The position numbers and the translations under genes were made by a program. Of a DNA stretch of 64,000 bases, positions 16,141 to 23,946 are shown in pieces. The DNA comes from Gammaproteobacteria bacterium (lineage in GTDB: Bacteria; Pseudomonadota; Gammaproteobacteria; UBA4575), in contig OZ242278.1 in assembly GCA_965207475.1 (NCBI GenBank), positions 74,748 to 138,747 on the forward strand, given 5' to 3'. The notes beneath the pieces were generated by a model. That model saw nothing but the letters and a program-made list of their open reading frames with translations, was not told where the DNA came from and made no database searches. Numbering within the stretch: the stretch's first letter is position 1; the number at the start of each line of letters is the position of its first letter.

Positions 16141-16148
16141 TAAAATAA
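16141..16148. repeat. Target-site duplication, right copy (TAAAATAA)
   Basis: Identical to 11832-11839. Confidence 0.85.
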
Positions 16149-16345
16149 GTCTTTGTCGGGATAGTGCTCCAAGCATTGATACTGCTAAATCTTCATCTAC
16201 AGGTAAGGGGAGTTCAAGGCTTATCACCAGAGGTTCGCAAGTTGCATCCTGTGATCTTGTTTCGAGGAATCCCACAAATCTGTTTCCCCCTGCTTTGCCA
16301 GCAAATACTTGAATTCTTGTCGCAATTTCAACATTACTTCTCACG

Positions 16346-17200
16346 ATGGATGACCTGACTTCCCGCTGTGCAGCCTTAGCAAAACTGTATCGGCATGCAT
16401 GCTGGGTCGATATACATGCACTGAAACCGGGCAATACAGGAATCCACTCCATGAACCCATCCCCTAGTGTTCAGGAATTCTTGTGCAGTGCCGAAGTTAG
16501 CGCCCCACCTCTGACAGCGCCTGGCTTGACGTTGGGAGCACGGATATTGCAGGCGGTACAAGCCACACAGACGATGGTTGGCACGAATACGAATCTAGGA
16601 ATCATACTGCTCATAGCACCTATGGTTCAGGCTTCTCTGAGCAAGGAAACAGTGTCTGGTTATGCTGATTTGTTGGCAGAAGTTCTGCTGCGGTCAACAG
16701 TAGAGGATGCAAGAAATGTGTATGAGGCAATCAGAACAGCAAAGCCAGGAGGGCTTGGACATAAAAAAACCCAGGATATACTTGAAGAACCTACTGTAAC
16801 TCTTTTAGATACAATGAAAATTTCTTCTTCATGGGACAGTGTTGCCAGGCAGTATTCAAGTAATTTCCAAGATATACTTGATTTTGGTGTACCACGGTTT
16901 AAGGATTTGATGGAGCGGTGGAACGATGAATGCTGGGCTGCAACGGGGCTGTATATCGGTTTCCTGGCAAGATTCCACGATAGTCTGATTGAACGGAAAT
17001 ACGGCATATTAAAAGCTCGTGCAATTAGTGATATGATCTCCCCGCTTGAAAAGGAATTCTATAGTTCGGATTCGCCAGTCAGGTATAAGGCTCAATTGCT
17101 GGAAATTGATGATCTGCTGAGGCGTGATCATATTAATCCGGGAACTACAGCGGACCTGACTGTGGCTAGTATCTTTGCAACTGGGCTAGGTATGTTGTAA
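16346..17200 (+). CDS. Triphosphoribosyl-dephospho-CoA synthase (CitG/MdcB)-family protein of the H4MPT island
   Basis: 284 aa. 'DIHALKPGNTG', 'GTNTNLGIILL' and 'INPGTTADLTVASIF' resemble CitG/MdcB-family motifs. Its position between the RimK-like ligase gene and fae matches known methylotroph islands. Confidence 0.7.
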   Translation: MDDLTSRCAALAKLYRHACWVDIHALKPGNTGIHSMNPSPSVQEFLCSAEVSAPPLTAPGLTLGARILQAVQATQTMVGTNTNLGIILLIAPMVQASLSKETVSGYADLLAEVLLRSTVEDARNVYEAIRTAKPGGLGHKKTQDILEEPTVTLLDTMKISSSWDSVARQYSSNFQDILDFGVPRFKDLMERWNDECWAATGLYIGFLARFHDSLIERKYGILKARAISDMISPLEKEFYSSDSPVRYKAQLLEIDDLLRRDHINPGTTADLTVASIFATGLGML

Positions 17201-17203
17201 GTA

Positions 17204-17212
17204 TGGTATAAT
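17204..17212 (+). promoter_or_regulatory. Putative extended -10 promoter (TGGTATAAT) for fae
   Basis: Perfect TATAAT preceded by TGn, located 86 nt upstream of the fae ATG and just after the preceding stop codon. Confidence 0.4.
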
Positions 17213-17297
17213 TCGGCGCTGCTAGCGTGATCCAACAGGGTACAAGCGGACCTGTGGTCTGCAGTTATCGACAATAAAATGAAACAGGAGAACTATA

Positions 17298-17825
17298 ATG
17301 GCATTGATTAACAAAGTAATGGTCGGGGAGTCGCTCGTTAACGATAACGATCCTTCCGGCACAATGGCAGAAATCGCACATATTGACTTATTGATTGGTC
17401 CGCGTGGCTCTGCTGTTGAGACTGCTTTTTGTAATGGCTTGGTTAATAATAAGGACGGCTTTTCCACTTTGCTGGCTGTAATTGCCCCTAATTTACCTTG
17501 TAAGCCAAACACTATGATGTTCAACAAGGTTACAATCAAAGGTGCAAATCAAGCAGTACAGATGTTTGGTCCTGCACAGATGGCAGTAGCAAAGGCTGTA
17601 GCGGACAGTGTTGAAGATGGGACTATCCCTGCGGATGAAGCAGATGATGTGTTCGTATGTGTAGGAGTTTTCATTCATTGGGAGGCCAAGGACAATGCGG
17701 CGATCTATGAAAACAACTACAAGGCAGTGAAGGAATCACTGGCACGTGCGATAAAAGATGAGCCTAAGGCTTCTGCAGTTGTTGCCCAGAAGGACAGCGC
17801 GGAGCATCCATTCAAAGGCTTCTGA
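17298..17825 (+). CDS. fae: Formaldehyde-activating enzyme (5,6,7,8-tetrahydromethanopterin hydro-lyase)
   Basis: 175 aa. Contains [14 protein letters not shown]...[12 protein letters not shown]...[18 protein letters not shown]. Strong RBS (AGGAGA) upstream and a strong terminator downstream. Confidence 0.92.
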   Translation: MALINKVMVGESLVNDNDPSGTMAEIAHIDLLIGPRGSAVETAFCNGLVNNKDGFSTLLAVIAPNLPCKPNTMMFNKVTIKGANQAVQMFGPAQMAVAKAVADSVEDGTIPADEADDVFVCVGVFIHWEAKDNAAIYENNYKAVKESLARAIKDEPKASAVVAQKDSAEHPFKGF

Positions 17826-17850
17826 TCTCAATTTTGAGAAAGGCTATGAA

Positions 17851-17882
17851 AATGCCCCGCAATTGCGGGGCATTTTTTTTGG
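17851..17882 (+). terminator. Rho-independent terminator of fae
   Basis: AATGCCCCGC-AATT-GCGGGGCATT followed by a T-run of at least 8. Confidence 0.85.
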
Positions 17883-17895
17883 TGGACGTGTTTGT

Positions 17896-17904
17896 TGATA
17901 TAAT
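17896..17904 (+). promoter_or_regulatory. Putative extended -10 promoter (TGATATAAT) for the PTPS-fusion gene
   Basis: TGnTATAAT lies between the fae terminator and ATG 17952. It overlaps the TTG used by the ORF track, which argues for the later ATG start. Confidence 0.35.
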
Positions 17905-17951
17905 TGGATAAACGATGTGCAGATGGACCAAATCAACAGCTGGGGTTATAC

Positions 17952-19172
17952 ATGCAGTGCCTTGATTGTCGAAAAGATGTAGGCAGTCGATTGACAAATG
18001 AGCATCTCCTAGCATGCAGCGGATTGACGCTGCAAGAGTACGCATTACGCCATCATCTGCCTTTGGACATGATTCTTAGCACGGATCAGATAAATCAGGC
18101 AGATGACATTTCTTTGTACCGCAAACCGGGAAGAAGTGTGAACAAGCTGGCGCTGGATGTTCTTGCAGGTTTGGAGATGGCACGGGCACTCAAGCAGCAT
18201 GGTGAGTTTACAATCGTATCATTGGGCATACGCAGGCTAGAGCAATTGCTATGGTATCTGGAATCGTTGTGCTCTTTGGGGTTTCAGTTCAGACAGGAAT
18301 ATGCATATGAAGATTCCACACACCGTGTCATCGCCAAGAACAGCTTGAAAATTCCAAGTGCATGGTTGGCTTCACAAATTGAGCAGTCTTCTACAGGGTC
18401 ATTTCTGCAGCGCCTGTCCATACTAGTTGCTCATATCGGCGAAATACATGCAGGGTATCTATTTATAGACTTTCCAGAGAGCAAGGATGCGATCAGGATA
18501 AGTGATCATTTGGAAAGAAATTTTCATATCCATTTGAAGCATTTGGATGCTTCGAAACATGAAAACGGCATACTGGCAAGGTGCAAGACTCGAACAGACT
18601 CGTCTTGTTTACTGAGTCTAGTCAAAGAGTATCTGGAAAACATACCGGTTGCAAAAGACAGGTTTTTTGAAAAATACGATCAGGCTACAGTGGTCAAGGA
18701 ACTGGTGTTTGATTCGGCCCATTTTATTACTGACCATCCTGGTAAATGTGCGAATTTGCACGGCGGTCGCTATGCCATGAGGGTCAAAGTCAGGGATCAA
18801 ATTGATCCACTTACGGGTTTTGTCGTGGATTATGGACACTTGAAACAAACAGTCAGCCGGAAAGTGATAGCAAAACTTGATCACCAAACACTGAATTATG
18901 TTACTGCTGGCTTGAGTTGGCGTTCCAGCACTGAGTTACTTACCGTTTACATATGGGAAAATCTGATTGAATACCTGCCAGGCCTGACTGAATTGCAAAT
19001 ATTTGAAACAGACAGGTCGTACTGCAGTTACACCGGCCCCAAACTACATGAACTGCAAAAACGTGGACAAAATGTCTTGCTGGATTATTTCTCGTCAGAC
19101 AACTTGGGCAAGTCGGGCTTGAGGTGGCTGTTACATCAGGACATGCGGGAAAGACTGAAAGTTATCGGTTGA
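17952..19172 (+). CDS. Two-domain protein: uncharacterised ~240-aa N-terminal domain fused to a 6-pyruvoyl-tetrahydropterin synthase (PTPS/QueD)-fold domain
   Basis: C-terminal 'VFDSAHFITDHPGKCANLHGGRY...GFVVDYGHLK...LDHQTLNYV...FETDRSYCSY' matches the PTPS/QueD pattern. The N-terminal part (MQCLDCRKDVGSRLTNEHLLAC...) is not recognisable. Confidence 0.7.
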   Translation: MQCLDCRKDVGSRLTNEHLLACSGLTLQEYALRHHLPLDMILSTDQINQADDISLYRKPGRSVNKLALDVLAGLEMARALKQHGEFTIVSLGIRRLEQLLWYLESLCSLGFQFRQEYAYEDSTHRVIAKNSLKIPSAWLASQIEQSSTGSFLQRLSILVAHIGEIHAGYLFIDFPESKDAIRISDHLERNFHIHLKHLDASKHENGILARCKTRTDSSCLLSLVKEYLENIPVAKDRFFEKYDQATVVKELVFDSAHFITDHPGKCANLHGGRYAMRVKVRDQIDPLTGFVVDYGHLKQTVSRKVIAKLDHQTLNYVTAGLSWRSSTELLTVYIWENLIEYLPGLTELQIFETDRSYCSYTGPKLHELQKRGQNVLLDYFSSDNLGKSGLRWLLHQDMRERLKVIG

Positions 19173-19869
19173 ATTCCTGCAGCTCATTCCTGGTGATTGA
19201 TTTTTTGTGCAGTGCAGTGGAAAGTAATGCGCCTGCAGCACCTATTTTTTCCAACTGCAGCAAATCAGCATAATTTCTGATACCGCCACCGTAAAATATA
19301 TTGTGTTTTTCAAATAAATCATGCTGGTTGGGGATCGTTGGAAAGTCGACGCCCATGCAAGTACCTACATTGTCAAGATTAAGCACTACAACATCAGGAG
19401 GCCATGACCCCTTGTCCTGTATGATTTCCTGTGAGCCAATCAAGGTATTAGTTCTGAAGTCTACAGAAAGCAAGAACTGGTGATTCCGATAATTCGTTCT
19501 AAGCATGCTGAAAGTTGAAGCAGAGAGCATCGATTCAGTTGAAAGGATTATCCTCAGCAAGCGACAGTTCAGCCTATCTAGGTAGAGGCTGATTAAAGAA
19601 AGTCCAGTATCCAGCCATATTTCAAGTTCTGGAAATTCGGAAATTATTTTCTGAATGACCCGAGAGTTATCCCCCTGATTTTCAATGGCATCAAGGTCTG
19701 CTATATAAAGTTTTTGAAAGCAGTGAAGCTCTAAATAGCTGTGAACTATTTCTACTGGATTTGCTGATGGGCATAAGGAAGACTGTATTGGCCTATAATG
19801 ATTCCGGTTGCCGTTCTTTGCATGCACTACCAAACCTTTGGAGAGGTCTAGTACCGGAATAATTTGCAC
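19162..19869 (-). CDS. HisA/HisF-family (beta/alpha)8-barrel protein of the H4MPT island
   Basis: 235 aa. 'MQIIPVLDLSKGLVVHAKNG', 'LYIADLDAI' and 'IFYGGGIRNYADL' are typical of HisA/HisF-like barrels. Confidence 0.75.
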   Translation of the reverse strand: MQIIPVLDLSKGLVVHAKNGNRNHYRPIQSSLCPSANPVEIVHSYLELHCFQKLYIADLDAIENQGDNSRVIQKIISEFPELEIWLDTGLSLISLYLDRLNCRLLRIILSTESMLSASTFSMLRTNYRNHQFLLSVDFRTNTLIGSQEIIQDKGSWPPDVVVLNLDNVGTCMGVDFPTIPNQHDLFEKHNIFYGGGIRNYADLLQLEKIGAAGALLSTALHKKSITRNELQEFNR

Positions 19870-19880
19870 TGTGGGTTAAG

Positions 19881-20876
19881 GTGAATATTCTAGTTTTTGA
19901 GTATACCACTGGTGGAGGTATGCAGGGCCATCCCCTGCCATATTCATTGGCCAGGGAAGGTGAAATGATGCTCCAGGCTGTAGTCAGAGATTTTCTTCAG
20001 CTGCCTGGCTTAAGGATTTCAACTCTTAGGGACAGGAGAATAGGTAACAGTGTGCCAGGTACCAATACGGTATTCGTAGAACATACAGAGCACTACATGC
20101 AGAGACTCGAAGAGCTCGCACAGGATATGGATGCGTTGCTGGTTATTGCACCTGAAAATGATGGCATCTTGTTATCGATCTGTGAAAGATTTTCAAGTCA
20201 TTGTCCAGTTCTGTTCAACTGCGAGGCAGAAACAATAAAACTGACCAGCAACAAATATTCGACTTATCAGTACCTGCAAACCCAGGGTGTTCCACTGATA
20301 CCGACATGCCTTGCAGAAGATTCTCGGTATCTGGAAGGTGAACAATTTGTGATGAAACCTGTTGATGGTGTTGGGTGTGACAGAATATCTCTATTCAGGA
20401 ACAAGTCTGAGCTACAGGTGGCCTCAGTACGTGCTGACCGGAGTCACTTTATTGTCCAGCCCTATGTTAAGGGTATTCACGCAAGTTTGAGTCTGCTGTG
20501 TTTGCACGGAGAATGTTTGATAATGAGCTGCAATCAACAGCACGTTTCTGAAACAAATGGTCGGTTACAATGGCTTAAATGCAATGTAAATGCCTTTGAG
20601 AGAGACAGATTTATACCATTTGCTACCAAGCTAGCTAGGGTATTGCCTGGACTGCAGGGTTATGTGGGTGTCGATATTGTAATTTCTAACGAAAAAATTC
20701 TGTTGGTTGAAATCAACCCCAGGTTGACAACATCGTATGTGGGCCTTAGTGCGGCTTTGCATGTAAACCCTGCAGAGTTGATCTTGAAATGTTTTCGAGA
20801 AGAGATATTGCCGGATACGATCCCTGTTAGCGCTACTGCAGTTATGGTTGATTTGGAGGTATACGCTGTTGTATGA
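19881..20876 (+). CDS. ATP-grasp ligase, MfnD-like (tyramine--L-glutamate ligase-like)
   Basis: GTG start. N-terminus VNILVFEYTTGGGM and C-terminal 'GYVGVDIVISNEKILLVEINPRLTTSY'. Confidence 0.7.
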   Translation: MNILVFEYTTGGGMQGHPLPYSLAREGEMMLQAVVRDFLQLPGLRISTLRDRRIGNSVPGTNTVFVEHTEHYMQRLEELAQDMDALLVIAPENDGILLSICERFSSHCPVLFNCEAETIKLTSNKYSTYQYLQTQGVPLIPTCLAEDSRYLEGEQFVMKPVDGVGCDRISLFRNKSELQVASVRADRSHFIVQPYVKGIHASLSLLCLHGECLIMSCNQQHVSETNGRLQWLKCNVNAFERDRFIPFATKLARVLPGLQGYVGVDIVISNEKILLVEINPRLTTSYVGLSAALHVNPAELILKCFREEILPDTIPVSATAVMVDLEVYAVV

Positions 20877-21918
20877 AAGTGTACTAGGCTGGGATATTGG
20901 TGGGGCACATCTAAAGGTAGCCGAGGCTGTTGGTACTACGCAAATTTCCAGGGTGTATCAGGTACCTTGTGAGTTATGGCGTGGCTTGGACCAAATGAAT
21001 TTTTCAATTGATTTTCTCAAGCATCGATTTGATGTATCAAAAGCCTTGATAGCAATCACTATGACAGGTGAAATGGTGGATGGTTTCACCAGCCGCAAGG
21101 AAGGTGTACGAAGAATTATTGGTGAAGTTGAGAAAATCTTCAGCAATATGAAAGTTTCCTATTTTGCTGGAGAAAGCGGGTTCTTGGGCGCCGGATCGGC
21201 GAAAAGCAGTTACTTGCAAGTTGCTTCGGCAAATTGGCTGGGAAGTGCAGCTTTTGTTGCATCCCAGGTAGAGGATGCGCTTTTTTTGGATATAGGGAGT
21301 ACGACCACAGATATTGTAGCCGTTAAAAATAATCGGGTTATGAACGAAGGACGCACAGATTCTGAGAGATTGTACACACAGGAGATGGTTTATTGCGGTG
21401 TAGTACGAACACCAGTTTTCGCGCTGTGCAGAGCCGCACCTGTTGGAAACCGGCTCATCCCAGTTATAAATGAATATTTTTCTAATGCTGCTGACCTGTA
21501 TAACTTAACGGGAGAGTTGCCGAGCTGGGCAGATATGTGCAGAACTCCAGACAATCGAGGAGCTGATGACGGATCCTGTGCAGCTCGTTTGGCAAGAACA
21601 TTTGGATACGATTCAGTGCCGGAAGACTTGACCATGTGGCGAGAAGTTGCAGAGTACATACGTGGGCAACAGATCCAGACAATAATTAACGCATGTCGGA
21701 AACGCTTGTCTAGGCTGGGACCGTCTCTTGAGATTCCGATAATTGGTGGGGGTGCAGGACGGTTTCTTGTGAAAGAAATTGCACAACGTCTGAACCGGCA
21801 GTACGTGGATGCTGCTAGCTTGTTTGAATTTGAAAGCAAGAAAAAGGGTTTTGATCCAGGAGCTTGTGCACCTGCCGCATCCATTGCCTGCTTAGGTTTT
21901 CAGAGATTCTGCAGATGA
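20848..21918 (+). CDS. Hydantoinase/oxoprolinase-like H4MPT-linked C1-transfer pathway protein (MfnF-like)
   Basis: 356 aa. 'LGWDIGGAHLKVAEA' and 'FLDIGSTTTDIV' are ASKHA-fold phosphate motifs. Alternative start TTG 20869. Confidence 0.7.
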   Translation: MIWRYTLLYESVLGWDIGGAHLKVAEAVGTTQISRVYQVPCELWRGLDQMNFSIDFLKHRFDVSKALIAITMTGEMVDGFTSRKEGVRRIIGEVEKIFSNMKVSYFAGESGFLGAGSAKSSYLQVASANWLGSAAFVASQVEDALFLDIGSTTTDIVAVKNNRVMNEGRTDSERLYTQEMVYCGVVRTPVFALCRAAPVGNRLIPVINEYFSNAADLYNLTGELPSWADMCRTPDNRGADDGSCAARLARTFGYDSVPEDLTMWREVAEYIRGQQIQTIINACRKRLSRLGPSLEIPIIGGGAGRFLVKEIAQRLNRQYVDAASLFEFESKKKGFDPGACAPAASIACLGFQRFCR

Positions 21919-23306
21919 CAGCACTTACGTACGTTGATCTTCCATACAAGGAAGACAGCACGTTGCTCTTCGACAGAATTGCTGCAGAACCATGGTCAGT
22001 GTTTATCGACAGCAACCATCCCGGCAGCACACTTGGCCGTTACGACATCATGGTAGCAAGACCTGACGTGCGTGTAATTACGCAAAACTTTGACACGAAG
22101 ATACACACCTGCTCGCAATCTTATTCTGTATTGGATGGACCTTTTACGATTCTGAAAGAACTGCTCTCGGAAGACAGGCAATTCGCATGCGATCTTCCAT
22201 TTGTGGGTGGCGCACTTGGCTTCTTGAGTTATGACCTGTGTCGTTATATGGAGAGTATACCTTCCATAGCTGAGAGTGAAGGGGCTATACCTGACATGGC
22301 TATGGGCATCTACTCTTGGGCTATAGTTGTTGACCATAAGAAAAAGAAATCAGTTTTGGTAGGGGACCTGTCCAGTTTAAGGACCAGAAGAAATTGGAAT
22401 GAATTAATCAGGTTGTTTAAATGTCCTGTCGACCACAAGAACTCTCAAGAATTCAGGGTTGTAACCCCTACTCGTTCCAATATGACTCATGACTACTATT
22501 CTCATGCGTTCAGAAAAATAAAAAAATATATTATTGAAGGCGATTGTTACCAAGTAAATCTTGCCCAGCGATTTACTACTGAGGTCGAGGGGGATCCTTG
22601 GTCGGCTTACCGGATTTTGAGAAGAATTAACCCGTCACCATTCAGTGCCTACATGAGCTATCCCGACTTCAAGATTTTGAGTAATTCACCTGAGCAATTT
22701 TTGTCAGTCAAAGGCGGCATTGTGCAGACAAAGCCGATAAAGGGAACTCGCCCACGTTCTTCAGATCAAGATAGGGATCGGAATTTAGTTCAGGAGTTAG
22801 TAGACAGCATAAAGGATCAAGCAGAAAACCTTATGATCGTAGATCTGTTGCGCAACGATATCAGCAAGAATTGCGCGCTGGGATCCGTGCAAGTGAAGAA
22901 GCTTTTCGACATAGAAACTTTTCCAAATGTTCACCACATGGTGAGTACCATTACAGGCAAACTGAAAGCTCAACGCTCAGCAGTGGATTTGCTACGTGGC
23001 TGTTTCCCTGGCGGTTCAATAACTGGTGCCCCAAAAGTTCGTTCAATGCAGATCATCGAAGAACTTGAGCCACACCGGCGTGGAATCTATTGTGGATCGA
23101 TCGGGTACATCGGATTTGATGGAAACATGGATATTAATATTGCAATCCGTACGATCTTACATCGAAACAATCAAATGTATTTTTATACCGGTGGAGGAAT
23201 CGTGTCTGATTCTAATGTAGATGCAGAGTATCGGGAGACATTTGACAAAGCGAAAGCCATGATGAGTCTGCTCAGTAAAGATAATGTCTATGCCTTGGGT
23301 AGTTAA
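21915..23306 (+). CDS. pabB: Aminodeoxychorismate synthase component I
   Basis: Contains 'TKPIKGTRPRS', 'ENLMIVDLLRND' and 'GSITGAPKVRSMQIIEELE...RGIYCGSIGY'. ATG 21915 overlaps the upstream stop (ATGA). The ORF track begins at 21864. Confidence 0.85.
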   Translation: MTALTYVDLPYKEDSTLLFDRIAAEPWSVFIDSNHPGSTLGRYDIMVARPDVRVITQNFDTKIHTCSQSYSVLDGPFTILKELLSEDRQFACDLPFVGGALGFLSYDLCRYMESIPSIAESEGAIPDMAMGIYSWAIVVDHKKKKSVLVGDLSSLRTRRNWNELIRLFKCPVDHKNSQEFRVVTPTRSNMTHDYYSHAFRKIKKYIIEGDCYQVNLAQRFTTEVEGDPWSAYRILRRINPSPFSAYMSYPDFKILSNSPEQFLSVKGGIVQTKPIKGTRPRSSDQDRDRNLVQELVDSIKDQAENLMIVDLLRNDISKNCALGSVQVKKLFDIETFPNVHHMVSTITGKLKAQRSAVDLLRGCFPGGSITGAPKVRSMQIIEELEPHRRGIYCGSIGYIGFDGNMDINIAIRTILHRNNQMYFYTGGGIVSDSNVDAEYRETFDKAKAMMSLLSKDNVYALGS

Positions 23307-23904
23307 AATTGGTGGCAGCTTGTATGAAAGCAGGTACCTCAAGGAGTGGCTGGAAATTCTCGATGTTTGCCATGCACACCAACTTGTGATTGTTCCGGGA
23401 GGAGGTCCGTTCGCTGAAATGGTGCGTACTGCCGATAGACAATTCAATCTGGACGCTACACATGCACATAATATGGCGGTTCTGGGCATGCAGCAATTTG
23501 CATACATGATGGCATCACTGTCTCCTAGCATGTGTTTGGCTAACTGCATGGAACAGATCAGGTGTTGCTGGAACGATAAGAGGGTAGTTATTTGGGAGCC
23601 TTATAACATGGTAAGCCAACATTGCAGGTTCGAGAGAACGTGGGACGTGACATCAGACAGTCTTGCTGTTTGGCTGGCAGAGTATTTGTCGATCAAACAG
23701 GTCTTGTTTGTCAAATCTGCACCGATAACACTCTCACAAACGACAATTCCTGAGCTACAAGTGCATAATTGCATAGACCCTGTGTTACCAGGTCTGTTAG
23801 CTGATTTGGATATCAGGGCGCACTTCATGCACAAGTCAAAGGCAAAAAAATTCAGGACGTTGATTCAGAAAAATTCTGAAAACTTGACCGATACTCAGTT
23901 TTGA
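23284..23904 (+). CDS. Amino-acid-kinase-fold protein of the methanofuran/H4MPT island (MfnE-like)
   Basis: 206 aa. N-terminal 'VVKIGGSLYES' and 'VIVPGGGPFA' are typical of the aspartate/glutamate/uridylate kinase fold. Overlaps the end of pabB. Confidence 0.6.
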   Translation: MSMPWVVKIGGSLYESRYLKEWLEILDVCHAHQLVIVPGGGPFAEMVRTADRQFNLDATHAHNMAVLGMQQFAYMMASLSPSMCLANCMEQIRCCWNDKRVVIWEPYNMVSQHCRFERTWDVTSDSLAVWLAEYLSIKQVLFVKSAPITLSQTTIPELQVHNCIDPVLPGLLADLDIRAHFMHKSKAKKFRTLIQKNSENLTDTQF

Positions 23905-23946
23905 GTTTTGTGTTAGTCTAGAAATCGTGCGAATTTAGTCAGCCTT

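Noticed and set aside
21390-21884. Several long antisense or out-of-frame ORFs inside confidently assigned genes: 21390-21884(-), 3289-3798(-), 34049-34426(-), 35264-35734(-), 5803-6258(-), 49348-49743(-) and 45806-46294(+).
   Set aside because: Each is nested in a gene with strong family motifs on the other strand or frame. Their translations are compositionally biased and motif-free.
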